Positions 26,965-53,145 of a stretch of 64,000 bases of DNA are shown one piece after another. The notes beneath the pieces were generated by a model that saw only the letters and a program-made list of their open reading frames with translations, made no database searches and had not been told where the DNA came from. Position numbers and translations under genes: made by a program. Origin of the DNA: Phoronis australis (lineage: Eukaryota > Animalia > Phoronida); NCBI GenBank assembly GCA_002633005.1, contig NMRA01000472.1:167304-231303 (forward strand). Direction: 5' to 3'. Position 1 is the stretch's first letter; the number at the start of each line of letters is the position of its first letter.

Positions 26965-29900
26965 ATGTGGAAGGCGGTTCTACTTCTTTTGATAGCGATG
27001 TATGTTGGATATCAGCTACTAGACAGAACAGATTTAGGTAAATCGAGATTTTGCTTTTAACCCGACAGTCGTTTTCTTGTGCGGGCTCTGTGGTAGATGA
27101 ACGGGTTGTCAGTGTTCGCTAAAACCTCGACATTCGAGCCATATCGCTACGTCTGTTCACCTCTGCCCTCAGTGTATTGTTTGTCTTGTGATGTGCGCAT
27201 TCACAGCTTATCAAATCGACGACTTTCCTGTACTGGCATGTAATTTCGTAGGTTCTACCTCAGTTTTAGTCCGTCACATCACGTTGCAAGCCTTTGCAAA
27301 GATAGTAATCGCAACTTCGACATCTTCCTTTGGAGGCGTCACTCTCTTGATTACCAATCTCAGCTTCCAGTTAGTGTAGTGTATTGTGAAGGGGAAATCC
27401 TTGCATCCATTTTATACTGTCTGGTACAGTGAAACAAGATAATTTCAGCATTGAAATGCTGTTCAAAATCATAAGTCTTCCATTATAGAACTCTTGGTAT
27501 TGTGAGTACCTTTGGTAATGCTACAGGTCGTGTAACTGCAAAATTCAATCTTCAGTGCTAACTGATTTTGGCGTCTGCTCACACCATGGACTAAAGTGCA
27601 TGGACCGTCAACTCCGCCTTTCAATGGACGAAATTTGTCATCTTATGCATAAGCCTTGACGTCACTATTCACTTTCGACACCCCTGGCGTGCGTTCAGTA
27701 ACGCTTGGACCTAGCTAAAATCTAGTCAAAGTCACGTGTTCTCCTTTAAAATACACGGCAATATCGCGAAGTCCTGACGTGCGTTCAGCAGACGCTAGGA
27801 CCTACGCTAGGACCTAGCTAAGACCTAGTCAAAGTCACGTGCTCTTATTTAAAATGCACGGCAATATCTCACGTAATCTCGCGAAGTCTTGCTTTTTAGC
27901 GAGGTCCTAGCGTTACTGAACGGGAGGCTGGCAGACGTCGTTTCCTTATCTTGGTCAGCTGTTGTGTGGTCGGGTACTGCATTACCAAAAGTTCTCAAGA
28001 TACCAAGAGTTCTACTATTGGAAGACTTTAAACAGAGTTTCAATGCCGATTTTTTCGTTGTACTGGACATTAAAGTAGATGCAAGAATTTCCCGTCACAA
28101 TACACTAACCGGAAGCTCAGTTACACTCTTTCACAGTGCTACGAAAGGTAGCAATGTGGAATGTTGTTTAACATGGCTTCTTGTTGGTTAAAGGAACGAA
28201 ACCGACGTCATAAAATTCAGTCATTCTCATTGGTTGAAATCTGGGAAACTCCTTTCAGTTTACTTTAAGTGGAATGGTGACCACCTTTGACTTGAATAGT
28301 TGCAATTTATTAAAACAGGTAGTGATCGAAGTAAACAAAATCAAGGGAACCCCGATCCAATGGCTTTAGCCCAAACAAGTACAGTGCATAAAGACGTTTG
28401 CATATGGAGGCGATGTGATCTGCATACTTCAGACCAAGGCATGCGCACACGGAATTCATGTTTCCAAACTCGCTGCCGGGTTCCCTGCGTGCCGCTAGGT
28501 GGTCAGTAGCCAGCGTGCTGGCTACGTAACGTAGAATTTGTCGTGAGGACTTGACAGGGACCTCAGGGGTCTCACACTCCACTGATTGATCCACATTATT
28601 TTAAAAACGCTTTGCCCTGTCACACGTACATTGTGTGTCATAAAAGAGATAAGCATACCTGCAGCTGTACGCAGTAAGTAGAATTACTCTCGTTTGTCAC
28701 ATTGGTGTAGACTCATAGCTGAACTGTGGTTTTCTGTTGACCCCAGACCGTCCGGAGTTGCACCATATACCAACTCCGGACGGTCTCTCTATCACGACGA
28801 TTTAACGTTATGAGGCACGTAGGAAACCAGCGAGGGTTTCCATAGGGCCACTTTTCAGTATAGGTAGCGCTGTGTCAGAGGGTAGAAGCTCAGTTTGCTA
28901 TGTTTAGAGGGTGGGGCCTCATCTAGCATTAAAAACTGAGAATCGCCGCACAAATAAAAAGTTCATGTTCATTCAACGTTTCGTCTATTTTTATTTGTGC
29001 GACGATTGTCCGTTTTTTAATCTTTTTGATCATTGCTCTGTTCAGTGGTGGGAATGTCCAAAATAATGACCATCCCTTATATCTACATGCGCATGACGGG
29101 TGCTCAACACCCCGCGTTGCTATCGTTTTTATTTTGGAGTCGTTTTTTCATCGTCTACCTCTGTATCTGCCTAACCACGCAGAGGATCATTATCGAAATT
29201 GGCCGATGTCTTTCTACTGACAAGAGCCCCATTGATGTTGATTTTCAAATGAGTCCACTGGCAACTATTGTGGTGCTTCTGAATGGCATTGTTTTGCATT
29301 TGCGTCGAAACCCTTGTAAGGTTATTTGAAAATTTGGCTAGCGTATTTTTATTAACTTGACTAGTAATAGCAGAACCGACTACCAGTGAACGTTTGCCTT
29401 TGTATCTTTGGAGTTCATTGATGGATTTTCATGAAATTTCAGAGTTCTATTTGGGAGACGACGACACTTTATCATTTTCGGACGGGTTTGACATACTCTG
29501 CGCCATATTTAATGGCCGTTTTTACGATGGCCATTTTTATGATAGGCCTACTACTGAACACTCTAAGAAGCATAGCGTTTGCGGAGCAGTCATGGACGGA
29601 TTTTAACGCTTCATGCTGCTCATGTTCATATATATTTTACAAATAGACCATCGCGACTTCAACTGAGACGTATTTCATTTTTGGCGCAGTAAAAGCGGGA
29701 CCAGTCGGAGCCAGGACCGATTTTGCCCATGGATCATGACGAACGATAAGTCAACCTCATTTTCAGATTTCGCTGTCGTAAACATCCGTGTTTAGGACCT
29801 AGTCTCGACTAAGTATGCAGAAGGTAAGGTGGGGGGGGGGGGGGGGGGNGGGCACTCATTGTATTTAGGGTGTGGTGTAGCTGGCCATCCAAACCTGGGG

Positions 29901-32900
29901 CAATATCATTACATAACCAAATGAAAAAAATTATCCATGTTTATTTTACCTAGAGGTAGAATTGTGCCCATGGAGACCTATTCAAAGAGGACTTAAAGCA
30001 TGATTCATATTTACACCTCTCATCTGGAAAATACTCAAATTATACCCTACTCTCCTTGACACTAGTATAGTATTGCAAAGAATTATGAGCCAGGTGCTTA
30101 AATCTACCAAACATAGTGACACAAATTCCATTTTATACTCTGTATCAAAACCGTTGACGCCCCAAATTTATACCAAAATGGTGAAAAAGCGACCCAAATC
30201 TATACCAAAAAAAGAAAAACGGCATTCATTTCAGCAGCGCGTTCACGCTATCTACGTCATCGTAATCACGGTTGTCCAGCAAAATCTGAAATCTGGGGTT
30301 GACTGACTTCTCTGCACCCGCAATCCCACCATGAAAAAGTAGCCCGAGGCCTCACGTGGCTCAGACTTATCACCCATGCGTCATAAACGAAATAGTTCTC
30401 TGTTGAAGTTGGGCATTTGTAAAATAAATGTTCTTTGTTCTTTATACTTTTGTTTTGGTTGGACGAAAAAAGTAAGTCATGCCTTCCACATCAGAGGAAG
30501 AATACGTACAAAACAAGATTTACTAGAATGATAACCGGAGGTCACGCTGCACTCGTGACATCAATATAAGAAAAATATTGATTGCGAGTGCATTTTTGTC
30601 GTTTAAAGAATTTTCTGAATTTAATGTTACTGAGTTTCGACTCTAGCAATGTAGTTATTGTGTTCTTCCCAACAACGCTCAGACAGGCCAGATATCTTAT
30701 CACTGGGTTTACAAGCTGAGGCATTGTTTGGCTAGTCACGAAAGTTGGACACGAAAGACATTCGAAATCACTCACGCAATTTTGCGTGATCGTGGGTGAG
30801 CGTCTTGCGTATATACGAAGCGCTTCCCTGCTGACTGCTATCTCGGTCTGAATCGCCGTTAAGTTGGTCTGATCTCCTACCATGTGCCCATGTGAAAGTA
30901 AGACATCACCATTTGGAATGAAACTGTTCAAACAACATCTCTAATACAGGAGTGTACCATGAGAAAAAACGCTTCCTAAGGGTAACTTTTCGTAGATGCT
31001 TCCAACACGTGTGTACATTCTGACTCGTGTACATTGAACCATGTTTGAGACATGCTGTAATATTTGCATCCAGGTAAAGTAAACAATAAACGGGTCATTG
31101 TCACGGGAGCATCGAAGGGAATCGGAGAGCAGTTAGCTTACAACTATGCACGCCTAGGAGCCAATGTCATTATCACGGCACGGAGCGAAGACAAGTTGAA
31201 AAAGGTTAGTCAGAATATCTTGACGAGGTACATTGTCATCTTTGTCAATATTCTCACCTGAACTTTTTATCACTTCACAAGTAAATTATTGTTATTAATC
31301 ATTCTCAATAAGGTCTCAGTCAGTCGTACAAATATGTACACGAAACATGCGCGCACCCAGGGGGGGGGGGGGGGGGGGGNGGGGGGCGGAGGTCTTTAAC
31401 GAGCCCCCCATTTGGCGAAGTAGGCAAAAAGTCCGCCTCTGCGAGACAAAAACGTCCGAGAAAATGAGACATAAGTCCACTAAACGTGCGCAAACGTGTA
31501 ATTCACAGTGGTGCTCCCGCACTTTTTTTGTTACCAAAAGGTCCACAAAGTCAGGAATTCGAGCCTCCCCATAATATTGAAGGTTGGGTGTGCGCATGCG
31601 AAATCTGATACAAGTATGCTGAACAAAAATAAATTAGTGCAAAAGAGGCTGTGATACATTAAGAAGATTTAAATTCTAGTGTGGTCGGCTTTTAGAAGGG
31701 TAAATTTTGGAAACAGGAAAAGTGTTAAATTGTTTAAAAATAATTCATGAATTCTTTGAATTTCTAAGGTTGTTGCCAAATGTAAAATGTTGGCACCTCC
31801 GGGCAGGATCTACGACTACATCGTAGCTGACTTGGGTGATCTAAATTCGACGAAAAGTGTGATACAGGTAAACGTTGTCAAAACGGATTACATGAAACCT
31901 TCAGTTCTCAGCATTATCCACGAACGTCACTAGTGGAAGCGTTCACATCACAGATTGATGGCATTGTTAGTGATAACACCATATAATTTTGAATTTCTGG
32001 TGCTCAAACTGCAGAGTGTAAACGTAAGTCTATCATCTGAATGGTGTCGGATTTGGGAGCGATTAACTTTCACATTTCGAACTTTGTGGGACAACATGTG
32101 CAAAAAAATCATCCTTAAATATTTTATTTCCGCTCCACTATTAGGGAACAGCCTGATAAACTAAAAGTCGGCTCAGAAAATCTCTGTGACACGGAGTAGT
32201 CCATTGCTAGCAGGGGAATGAAATATAAATAATTTGAATTTCGGCCAACTCGTTTCAAAAGCCATCGGGTCGGAAAAACAAGTGCATAAATTTTGTTCAC
32301 AGTTAGTCACATTCTGTTCTTTGCCTTCGGACTTTTCTTAAAGATACACTTTCCTCTTCTGTTTAGTTAAAAATCACGAAACGGATTTTAACGGAAGTTA
32401 AGTTCTGTCGAAACGTAAGCTCAACTCCAAAAAGTTTCATACTTAACTGGATTTGAGATGATTTTTTGGTTTAATTTTCTGTTTTTGGTGGTGCACCCCC
32501 AACTAAAATTGGCCGCCATAGTGAGTGACAACTGACTCATGCATTATAGGTACTTCAACTGCCGCCACATGTACGGGTTTTCCGCGGAAACCCGGTCCAT
32601 TCTATAAAAAATAAAAACAAAATAAGGCAAACGCAAACAGTGCTAAAAATTATGAAATGTTTATATTTTAGTGACATCTTTAGACAGACGAAAGTCGTCA
32701 TGTGTTCTACAATTGGTTAATGTACTGCAAATAGTGTCTTTAAAGTAAAATAAGTAATCGTTATACGCAGCGAAAATTTTCAAAATATAGATTATCGAAT
32801 CGAGACAGCCTCGTACCCAAGCCTCAGGTCGGCGCTTTAGCCTTATCGGTTTAGCCAATTGAGGCTTGTTGAGGAGATATCCCTTCTGCTCGCTGATTGG

Positions 32901-35900
32901 TCGTAGACGACGTTGACCACCGACAAGAGTAGCACAAGAAACATCCAAGCACTTAAATCCCTGAATACATAAATACAAGTTCTTCAATATTCTTGTCCTT
33001 ACTTTTTTGATGTGATCAATTTGAGTATTTTCCAGAAAGTAACTCAGATCCAAAGGCAGATTTTAAATATTTTCACAGGCGTCGGTTTCGCTACCATTCG
33101 TCATTCGGAAGCAGAAAACAACATTTTCGTTATTCTTTGAAATAAAAGGCGCTCGCGTACTTATTTTCAATTCTGTTTGAAAGCACCATGGAAATTATCC
33201 TGCTTTTGAATTGAAATACATCAAATTTTCAATGATCTAAACCAGTCCTAATTTGCTGCATAAATATCGCAAATTTCAGAGTTAATACAACGGAGCATCA
33301 TTCGTGATATTCCTGCAAATTCCCCAAAATAAGCAGAATTCTGCCAAGTAAATTTCTCCTCACCAAGCCTCAAATGGTTAAGCCGATCATCTCCGTCTAG
33401 AGGCTTGGAGACGTTCAGCTATTCATTGCAAATGACCTTGTCTAATTAAACATCCAAACATTGATCGATCGATCAAAGATTTTTCAGCAAAGAGTTCGCA
33501 TATGGTCTTTCCTTTACATTCTGACTTTACCAATTTAGAACACAGGATGAATTTAGTCAAAACAAAGATATCCTAAAACACACACGTATTCTTACTTTCA
33601 GCCCTGTAAGTGTATGTCTTATTTCACTATTAATTAAAAAAATAAAAGATGAGCGGAGTTTCCACGGAAACTGTATTACATATGGCGGAAGTTGTGCACC
33701 GCAAAATAAAAATTAAACTAAACAATTCATATTAAATTCAGTTAAGCTAATGTCTGGAGTTGTGTTAAATGGGCATTATTTTGAGTTAAATTTCGACTGA
33801 ACTCGCGTTAAAATCCGTTTCAAGGTTTTTAAGAACTAAAACGAAATGAAACGAGTATCTTTAAAAGCAGATGACGTGTAAAAAGTCAGAAACTGCAATG
33901 GTGACTTTGAACCACCTTCAGTAATTTATGTATCTGAGCCTCAATTTTGTAGGCCGCGGTAAACAAACTCGGAGGTCTCGACTACCTTGCTTTGAACCAT
34001 GTAGGCCTCACGTCGTCAAACATGTGGCTGGGAAGTACATTCCAGTACGAAAGGCTTCATTCCAGTTTCAACTTGAATTTTTTCTCCTACGTCTACCTTG
34101 CCACGCATGCGCTTCCCGAGCTGGAGAAATCAAAAGGAAGTATACTCGTCATCGGCTCGCTCGCAGGTAAACAGCAGTTACATGTATAATGATGATAAAT
34201 TGTAGGCAAGCACTGACGTTTTAATATAATACATGTAGGTCATAAAATTCATGTCAAGCACATACGAACTGTATAATGCTTTGTTTCAGTATCTTTCACT
34301 GAGAACTTTAGGCTGTAGACAATCTTTAGGGCTACCTTTTTGTGTATGTCTTCATCAACTTTCCATGTTTTTCACATAGAAGAAATAGGTATTATGATTG
34401 AGAATCACGGGATTTATTTACGCCAACGCCCTCTTTATCTATTTGGAGAATTATCTATATTTGAAGCGAAACTAATGTGAAATAATATCGACATTTTGAG
34501 AATTGGTAAGATGTTTTTTCAGGCAAGATTGCATCTCCAACGTTGGCGAAATATTGTGCTGAAAAATTCGCTTTGGACGGATTCTTTTCATCGTGGCGAA
34601 TGGAGCTTTCAATGAGAAATGTGCCTGTGTCGATCACCTACTGCGTGCTGGGATTAATTGGTAAAGAGTACGCGCGCACGTATGAGCGTTTTCGAACCCC
34701 TTTAGGACTGCAGTGTCACATTCTCATAAAAGGTTGAAATGCGCTTTAACTTTAGTAGGTACTCCTCCAGAAACTCACGGATACACGAATCTCTGGATTC
34801 ATACAAAAAGTGGCAACTTGTCTTTCACAGACATCCCCTCACACCCTGTTTTCAATAAACACACTCATGCTGAGATTACTTGGCACTTGGAGTTACTTTC
34901 GGTGACGAGCAATGCCGAACATTTACGCTTGTATGTCACCAGTCTGTATTCCTAGGAAAATGAGAACGTATGAGAAAGACTTGCAGACAAATTTGGATAC
35001 TGCTTTGCTACGTTACCAAGTTTTACTTTTACATTATCTACTAAGTACCTTGATACATCTTAGCGGAACAGCGAGGCACTGGTCGTATGGCAGAGGCAAA
35101 CCCACATTTTGGACGTCCGCGGCGTGTTCTGCGCCTCTTTATCATGACAATTTTAGTATTTTCAGTTGGTACCTGCTTTTTGGCATCCGCTGCCCCATTA
35201 TACTCTTTCGAAGTGGTACGACGAGTAGCACCGTCAATGGATTGTGATGAATGTGCAGGGGCGGATCCAGGATTTTGAGTTGGGGGGGCAGGGAACTAGC
35301 CAGGATTTGTCCGTCAGAAATTCGCACCCCCGAACTGCCAAATGGAACCTGAGAGAATTCTAAATCCGCCACTGATGTGCCTCTCTTTGTCAAAAGAACG
35401 GAAAAAACATGGGGACAGCCAGATTGGTCGGAAGTTTACTTTCGGCAACAATACTGCAGGCTGCCGTTACAACAGACTAAGTCGATTTATCCCACGCAAT
35501 TAGCCGTGTTCTGTGACTCACAACAGAGAGGCATCAACGTAAGAAATATGTCGTTTTATTGCAATAGTTTTTGGCTTATTCGCGGACCATGAAATTTCGC
35601 ACAACTTAGAAATGGCACGGACACAATTCCTTCCTGTCGTTTCATTGGCTGTTCTGATCATACTGCACTGGCACCTAGTGTCTAACAAAATATACGAGGC
35701 TTGTTTTTTCCAAATTGAAACTGAGATTCTTACTAAACGTCGAAGTGTATTCTTGGAAACTACTGGAATTATCTTTTGAACATCTGGAGAAGTATTTAAT
35801 CCAAATTTCCCATTGCCCCCCCCCCCCTGAATGGACGTGAAAGACAGGGTCATTGGTGTTGGTGTTAAGCTTTGTATCAGCCGCCAGGCGTCTCTGGTGT

Positions 35901-37261
35901 TTAACCTCTCCCCACTGGCTGGAGGGGAGATTCCAGAGTGTCCATGTTGGTGGATTGTTCACGTTTATTGCGCTGGCGAATATAATCACTGCTTAGGGAC
36001 ATTTGCGTTGTCTTTGAGCGAACTAACAAGTGGAACTATGGCCTAAATTCGCACGCAATTGCTATAAACTAAGAGACAGTGAATTGCGACTGCCAAAATC
36101 CTCCACATAATATCAACCAGGTAAAAAGTGGGTGTCAACCAGCAGGAATTTTTACAAGTTGAAAGTGACAACTGGTATTCTCAAAAATCAAGCAAATGCT
36201 ACAGTAACCATGCGCGCACCCAGTTTAAAATATAGAGGGGCTCGAATTTCTCGGCATGGGGACTTTTTACTGAACAAATCAACGAGGACTAAAAAAAAAA
36301 CTGTGCCACTAGGTTCAGGCCTACGAATTGTGCATGTGCGCCGATTTTCTGTGTCCTTTGTGGACGTTTGTGTCGGTTACTCGCACTTTTTTCAGTGAGG
36401 CGGACCTTTTGGGGGGTTGGGGGGGGGCTCGTTCCAGTCCCCCGAGCCCCGGTCCTGGGTGCGCCCATGGTTACCTTCATGGCGCTGCGCAGAACACAAA
36501 ATGCCCAACCAACCCAGCAGGCGCCATTTTGTTATGAAGTTGCGGTAATTCAACAGTAACTAAAAAACTAATGAGTGCGATCATAATGACGCCTTATATC
36601 TGGTGTAGACGTTGGTCGCAATTCAACGGTCGACGTTGCTCTTGAGCATCGGTGCTGTTCGTATTCACGCAAGCTACCCGCCTTCGTCGATCTCGATGAA
36701 ATCAGTAGGAGAAACAATACGGCAAATGCGTCTCTATTTAGGAGAGCATGACTGAGGTTCATCATCAGATTTATCCGACTGCTGCAGTGCCTCCACTGGT
36801 AATTTCATTTTAGCGGATGGCTCAGCATTGCACATTCCATTTTAAGAATGACCTGCGCTGCACCTCGGGGGTGCAAATTTGATTTTAGCCTACTCGTTTA
36901 GCTCACTCTGGTTCATGAGAATATTTGAAAAAAAAATTCTTCTCTGCCGTCATTTGCGATACACAGTTTGAACCCTGAGTGATGATCTTGTCACTGTGTT
37001 TGTCCCACACAATTTACGCTTGCTCTTTCAGATACCGACTTGGGAAATGACATTGCTGGGAAGACTAAAGCACACAAGCAGGGAAAAGCTCAATATGCTG
37101 ACGCAAGCGACACCGCTTTGGACATCATTAAAGGTGGAATCAACCGACAGAGGGAGGTGCACACACCGTACTTCTTTGTCAGGACTCTTACTTTGTTACG
37201 GGACTTTGCTACTGACTTATTTGAGAAAAATATGCAAGATGTGTTCGTAATTTCCGATTGA
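26965..37261 (+). CDS. HSD11B1L: Hydroxysteroid 11-beta-dehydrogenase 1-like SDR, paralogue 1 (294 aa). Exons 26965-27037, 31074-31204, 31769-31867, 33953-34166, 34523-34660, 37032-37261
   Basis: All introns are GT-AG and phase-compatible (885 nt). Motifs: signal anchor [57 protein letters not shown] and CVLGLIDT, matching the HSD11B1/HSD11B1L family. Confidence 0.93.
27359..28120. mobile_element. Foldback element with ~150-bp inverted arms and a nested small TIR element (~27688-27927), in intron 1 of paralogue 1
   Basis: 27359-27521 is the reverse complement of 27978-28120 (agcttccagttagtgta...cttgcatc...agaactcttggtat...ggtaatgc). Nested cgttcagtaacgct / agcgttactgaacg. Confidence 0.75.
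28735..29630 (+). mobile_element. HINE-like repeat fragments with strong hairpins
   Basis: Perfect 16-bp stem at 28745-28786, a ~30-bp stem at 28931-29020, a 3' stem-loop caacacccgcgttg at ~29105, and ctgtatct/atgaaattt units matching 43300-45900. Confidence 0.55.
31346..31598. mobile_element. MITE (CATGCGCGCACCCAG family) in intron 2 of paralogue 1, 5-bp TSD
   Basis: CGAAA|catgcgcgcaccca...tgggtgtgcgcatg|CGAAA. The empty site atgtacacgaaa(t/g) is present in paralogues 2 and 3. Confidence 0.9.
32342..33860. mobile_element. TTAA-flanked element with long imperfect inverted arms in intron 3 of paralogue 1
   Basis: TTAA|AGATAC...GTATCT|TTAA. 32342-32600 is the diverged reverse complement of ~33650-33860. 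Confidence 0.7.
35256..35374. mobile_element. MITE, CAGGGGCGGATCC family, 5-bp TSD
   Basis: ATGTG|caggggcggat...atccgccactg|ATGTG. Confidence 0.85.
36209..36469. mobile_element. MITE, CATGCGCGCACCCAG family
   Basis: GTAAC|catgcgcgcacccag...ctgggtgcgcccatg|GTTAC. Confidence 0.8.
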
Positions 37262-37916
37262 TTAGCTTTATCAGTTAAATGTAATTTATACTACAAAAGA
37301 CTGCGTGATTATTCCAAACAACGTGCTTGGGTTCATTTATTTGTGCGAGAACGGTTTGACTTGGAACAGGCAATTTTAATGACACTTACCCTATCAGTGA
37401 TACCCGTGGTAGAACTTGTGTTACCTGGGTGACCGACTAGATGTAATTAAGACTTTGGCGTCACCCAAGGGAGGGGTGAGGTTGAAAATTGTGACTAACG
37501 AGGAGGTTCAAATTACCGGGACTCTCGGATGTTTTTTTACTTAGTGCCCACCCGAAACACTGTAATCCGGGACAACTACATACCTTATAGTCTAATGTTG
37601 CGAGGCCACACTTCACAAGTATGAGGTGAGTTGAATAAAGCAAAGCCAAGCTAGTTTATGCAACAAACCTGTGCTGAAAAAGTAAAATAATTTACGACCT
37701 TACAACTAGCTCACACTAGCAAACCGCGCCACTGAAAGAGATCGTACACCTAGGGCGGAATGTTAAAATCTGGTGGAAAACGGCACACGCTTGATGGCGT
37801 AGCACTTGGTACTTTTCTTTGATTTCTGGGCTCTGTAAAACAGATCCGCGCAACTTGACGTCACCTCCCCGTAAGGTATACATAGTGTGGAAGCATGAAG
37901 AGTACACTGCGCAATC

Positions 37917-38062
37917 TTCACATACTCTGATCGAAGTCTGTTTACCACTCAGGCGCAAGTGCATCCGGCATCTTCAAAATACTATATTGAGCAAACTTCA
38001 CATACTCTGATCAAACTTTGTTTACCACCCAGGCGCAAGTGCATCCGGCTTCTTCAAAATAC
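37917..38062. repeat. Two-copy ~80-bp direct repeat
   Basis: ttcacatactctgatc...tgtttaccac(t/c)caggcgcaagtgcatccggc...cttcaaaatac occurs twice. Confidence 0.85.
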
Positions 38063-38379
38063 CGGCAAAACTACACAAATTTGAATTTTCACCCCCAAAT
38101 CGCCGTTGGCATGCTATAATATTGAACCAACAGATTGTGAAATCTAACTACTAAAACCACCCATATTCTAAAAATTGAATTAACAAAAGTGTCGACCACT
38201 TAAATTTTTTTTGTAAATCTGAGAAGTGTGCGACGGGCGAATTTTGCACAGCGTGTTCAACCAAGGACGCAGAACATTCGGTTTGTGAGTTGCTTGTTAC
38301 GGTATATAATTGTTGATCGGACTTGGAATTTAGCTGTGGTAATCGAACACTTACCACGATCGAGTCACAGAACACATAC

Positions 38380-38734
38380 CGAGATTTTCCGTAGATAAAC
38401 CCACCCGGTGAAACGCCCATGGGCGTTTATTTGATGTTACAACTTCTGGCTTCATGGGCCCAGATAGTGAGGTGTTCATTCGGAAAAATTCCTCTTAAAA
38501 ATCCACTCGTCAACTTTTTTGTCACGTGGAGGATTTATCATTTATAAAAACGAACAAGCTGTTGGCGAACTAACATGAATTTTAAAAACACATTTTTAAG
38601 TAAAAATGTCAAAGTCTGAAAGACTATGACTTTCCGTTTACATGCCCCCCGGGCGTTTATTTGGTGTTACTAAAACCCCTGGAAATTTTCATTTTCCGAA
38701 TACACGCCCATGGGCTTATCTACGGAAAATCCCG
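38380..38734. mobile_element. MITE with 4-bp TSD
   Basis: ATAC|cgagattttccgtagataa...ttatctacggaaaatcccg|ATAC. The empty site acacataccaagaaag is seen downstream of paralogue 3 (~59922-59937). Confidence 0.8.
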
Positions 38735-39149
38735 ATACCAAGAAAGTGAATTTTTCGATAACGCCAACACAGAAATTCACAACACACAATTCAAAGTCGT
38801 TCGTGTGTTTAAAGCGGTTACAAACCCACCTTCCATTAAAAACAAATTCCCTCATCTATCGTAAGGTTGCAAGCTCTTGACGGGTCACGCGGGTGAANCA
38901 GGTAATTCTCAAATTCCACTTGCCCGACGCAAAATCTACATGTACACGGGCAATCGGGCAACCGTTAGTGTTGAGCCCTGCCACCTTCCATTAAAAACAA
39001 ATTCCCTCATCTATCGTGAGGTTGCAAGCTCTTGACGGGTCACGCGGGTGAATTGACCTTTCCCAATTTTCCAGGTCATTGGTCAACACTCAGCATTCAC
39101 CATTTTGCTAGATATGCTCAGAAGGCGTGTTTAAGACTATCCGTTTGAC

Positions 39150-52490
<13,341 letters not shown>

Positions 52491-53145
52491 AAATAAGCAC
52501 ACAACTGGTGTGGATTTTCAGATGGGTCCAACTACTGTGGTTCTCCCTAGGGACATTATTTTTGCATCTGAGGCTGTATCTACTCAACCTCTTGCAAGGT
52601 CACAGTTTCTATAGTTTAGTTTTATTCCTATTAATATAAACGCTTGCCCTGGAATGCCCATTCCCGCACGTGACCTATCTAACTATTCTATTGTTAGAGC
52701 TTGCGACCCCGAGACAAGCCGCGAGAGTTTGCACTGTGATTTTTCAGCTGTCTGCTCGACTAAGTTTTGATCAAGTGTTGTAGTTATCAAAGCTAGTCTA
52801 ATTTCATTACTTCATTATCATTTTGTCATTTTTGTTCATTAAGCGAGACTCTTGAGGCAACAAACCCGACAATTATACTGGTTTTTCAACACACAGACCT
52901 GTGACCCTGGCTGAATGCCGGGAATAGTGTGGGGTCTGACATCTTTTCAGTTTCAGTCTTAGAACCACTTTCAAACTACATGCTAGAAGTTTTCCAACAA
53001 GATATTTTTGAGCGTTAAAAACATGTTACTGTATTTTACGGAAAGAAGTGAAATAGGGTTTCTGAGTGTTTGTTCTGCAATTATAACTAGGCCTACTGGT
53101 GTAGTTACAGAACTTTCGAAAAACTACTCGTATTAGCGTAAGTTA

